The notes under the pieces are model-generated. The model was not told the DNA's origin and ran no database searches. It was given only the letters and a program-made list of their open reading frames with translations. Below are positions 19,856 to 20,512 of a stretch of 20,512 nucleotides of DNA, one piece after another. A program made the translations under genes and the position numbers. Each line of letters begins with the position of its first letter. Positions within the stretch are counted from its first letter, which is position 1. The DNA lies in contig BAAIJX010000019.1 in NCBI GenBank assembly GCA_054600435.1, forward strand, positions 372,001 to 392,512, in the 5' to 3' direction. This DNA is from Neophaeotheca triangularis. Its lineage: Eukaryota.

Positions 19856-20392
19856 CTCATGCTTTGCTCTGATCGCCTCTTCTGCATCTTCCTCCAACTC
19901 CGCGACTCGCGCTCTGACCGACGCGAGAAGGGCATTGGCGTCTTGCTTCTCCTTCTGCACCTGGACAGTGGTGGTCTTGAACTCTTTGCTGAGATCCGCC
20001 ATGGCCGCTTCTACCGAGGCGCCGGATTAGTTTACTACCGTTTCGAGCAACTTGTCAAATGCAATGGGGGTGTCGAGCTGCGCCATCGTGCGCATCTGGT
20101 TCGTGAAATCGGAAAAGATTGCTTTCAAAGGCTCTTTCTTGTTGATTTTCAAGCGAGCGGCGATTTCTCTCCCTTCTTCAGTGCACCGGACGACCTCGTT
20201 GACAATCTTCTTGCCATCCTTCTCGACGTCTTTGAGCTCTTTGAGCCTGGCCTTGGAGTCTTGCTTCGTGGTTTTTACATCACGCATCTTGTCCGCGATG
20301 GTTGCGAAACCGTTCAAGTCGTTGGACCAGTCGAGCCAGGCATAAACTTTGTCCGAAAACGCAGGCATGGTGACGTTGTCGGCCGACAACAA
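19242..20392 (-). pseudogene. Telomere-abutting coiled-coil gene inactivated by RIP
   Basis: One frame runs from 20392 to ~19505 with 10 stops, all TAA/TAG at positions where CAA/CAG (Gln) fits the heptad pattern. After a frameshift near 19503 it continues (..EEKVRAKAYLLNLDL*EEVS*L*IEINDEELDRLAWEDRIKK*..) to about 19242. In-frame ATG in CACCATG context at 20368. Confidence 0.8.
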
Positions 20393-20512
20393 GGGTTAGG
20401 GTTAGGGTTAGGGTTAGGGTTAGGGTTAGGGTTAGGGTTAGGGTTAGGGTTAGGGTTAGGGTTAGGGTTAGGGTTAGGGTTAGGGTTAGGGTTAGGGTTA
20501 GGGTTAGGGTTA
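20393..20512 (+). repeat. Telomere, (GGGTTA)20, i.e. TTAGGG repeats
   Basis: 20 perfect units running to the window end, G-rich strand oriented 5' to 3' toward the end, as expected for a right chromosome terminus. Confidence 0.98.

Noticed and set aside
1..20512. Transposase, reverse transcriptase, telomere-linked RecQ helicase, tRNA/rRNA or CRISPR features
   Set aside because: No diagnostic motifs seen in any frame or in the RIP-mutated segments.

Overview
Right end of a filamentous ascomycete (Pezizomycotina, possibly Dothideomycete) chromosome, ending in 20 perfect GGGTTA telomere units (20393-20512). Intact genes, left to right: a 5-exon secreted histidine acid phosphatase/phytase (-), a secreted GH5 beta-glucanase (+), ELP4 (+), a 92-aa membrane micro-protein (-), exosome MTR3 (+), HSP10 (-), a TCAB1/WRAP53/Swt21-like WD40 protein (+), a JEN1-family carboxylate transporter (+) and an orphan secreted protein with an internal 43-aa repeat (-). 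The most unusual part is the distal 8 kb. There is no recognisable subtelomeric repeat; the telomere is joined directly to the 5' end of a coiled-coil gene whose 3' part has been destroyed by RIP-type C>T/G>A mutation. A decayed apparent paralogue of that gene lies about 5.5 kb further in (13.4-14.3 kb), next to a RIP-mutated 120-bp direct repeat. Also noted: a perfect 18-bp hairpin, and a strong C-rich to G-rich strand-skew switch inside the housekeeping genes that resets at an intron. Splice models and counts were done by hand; no database searches were run.
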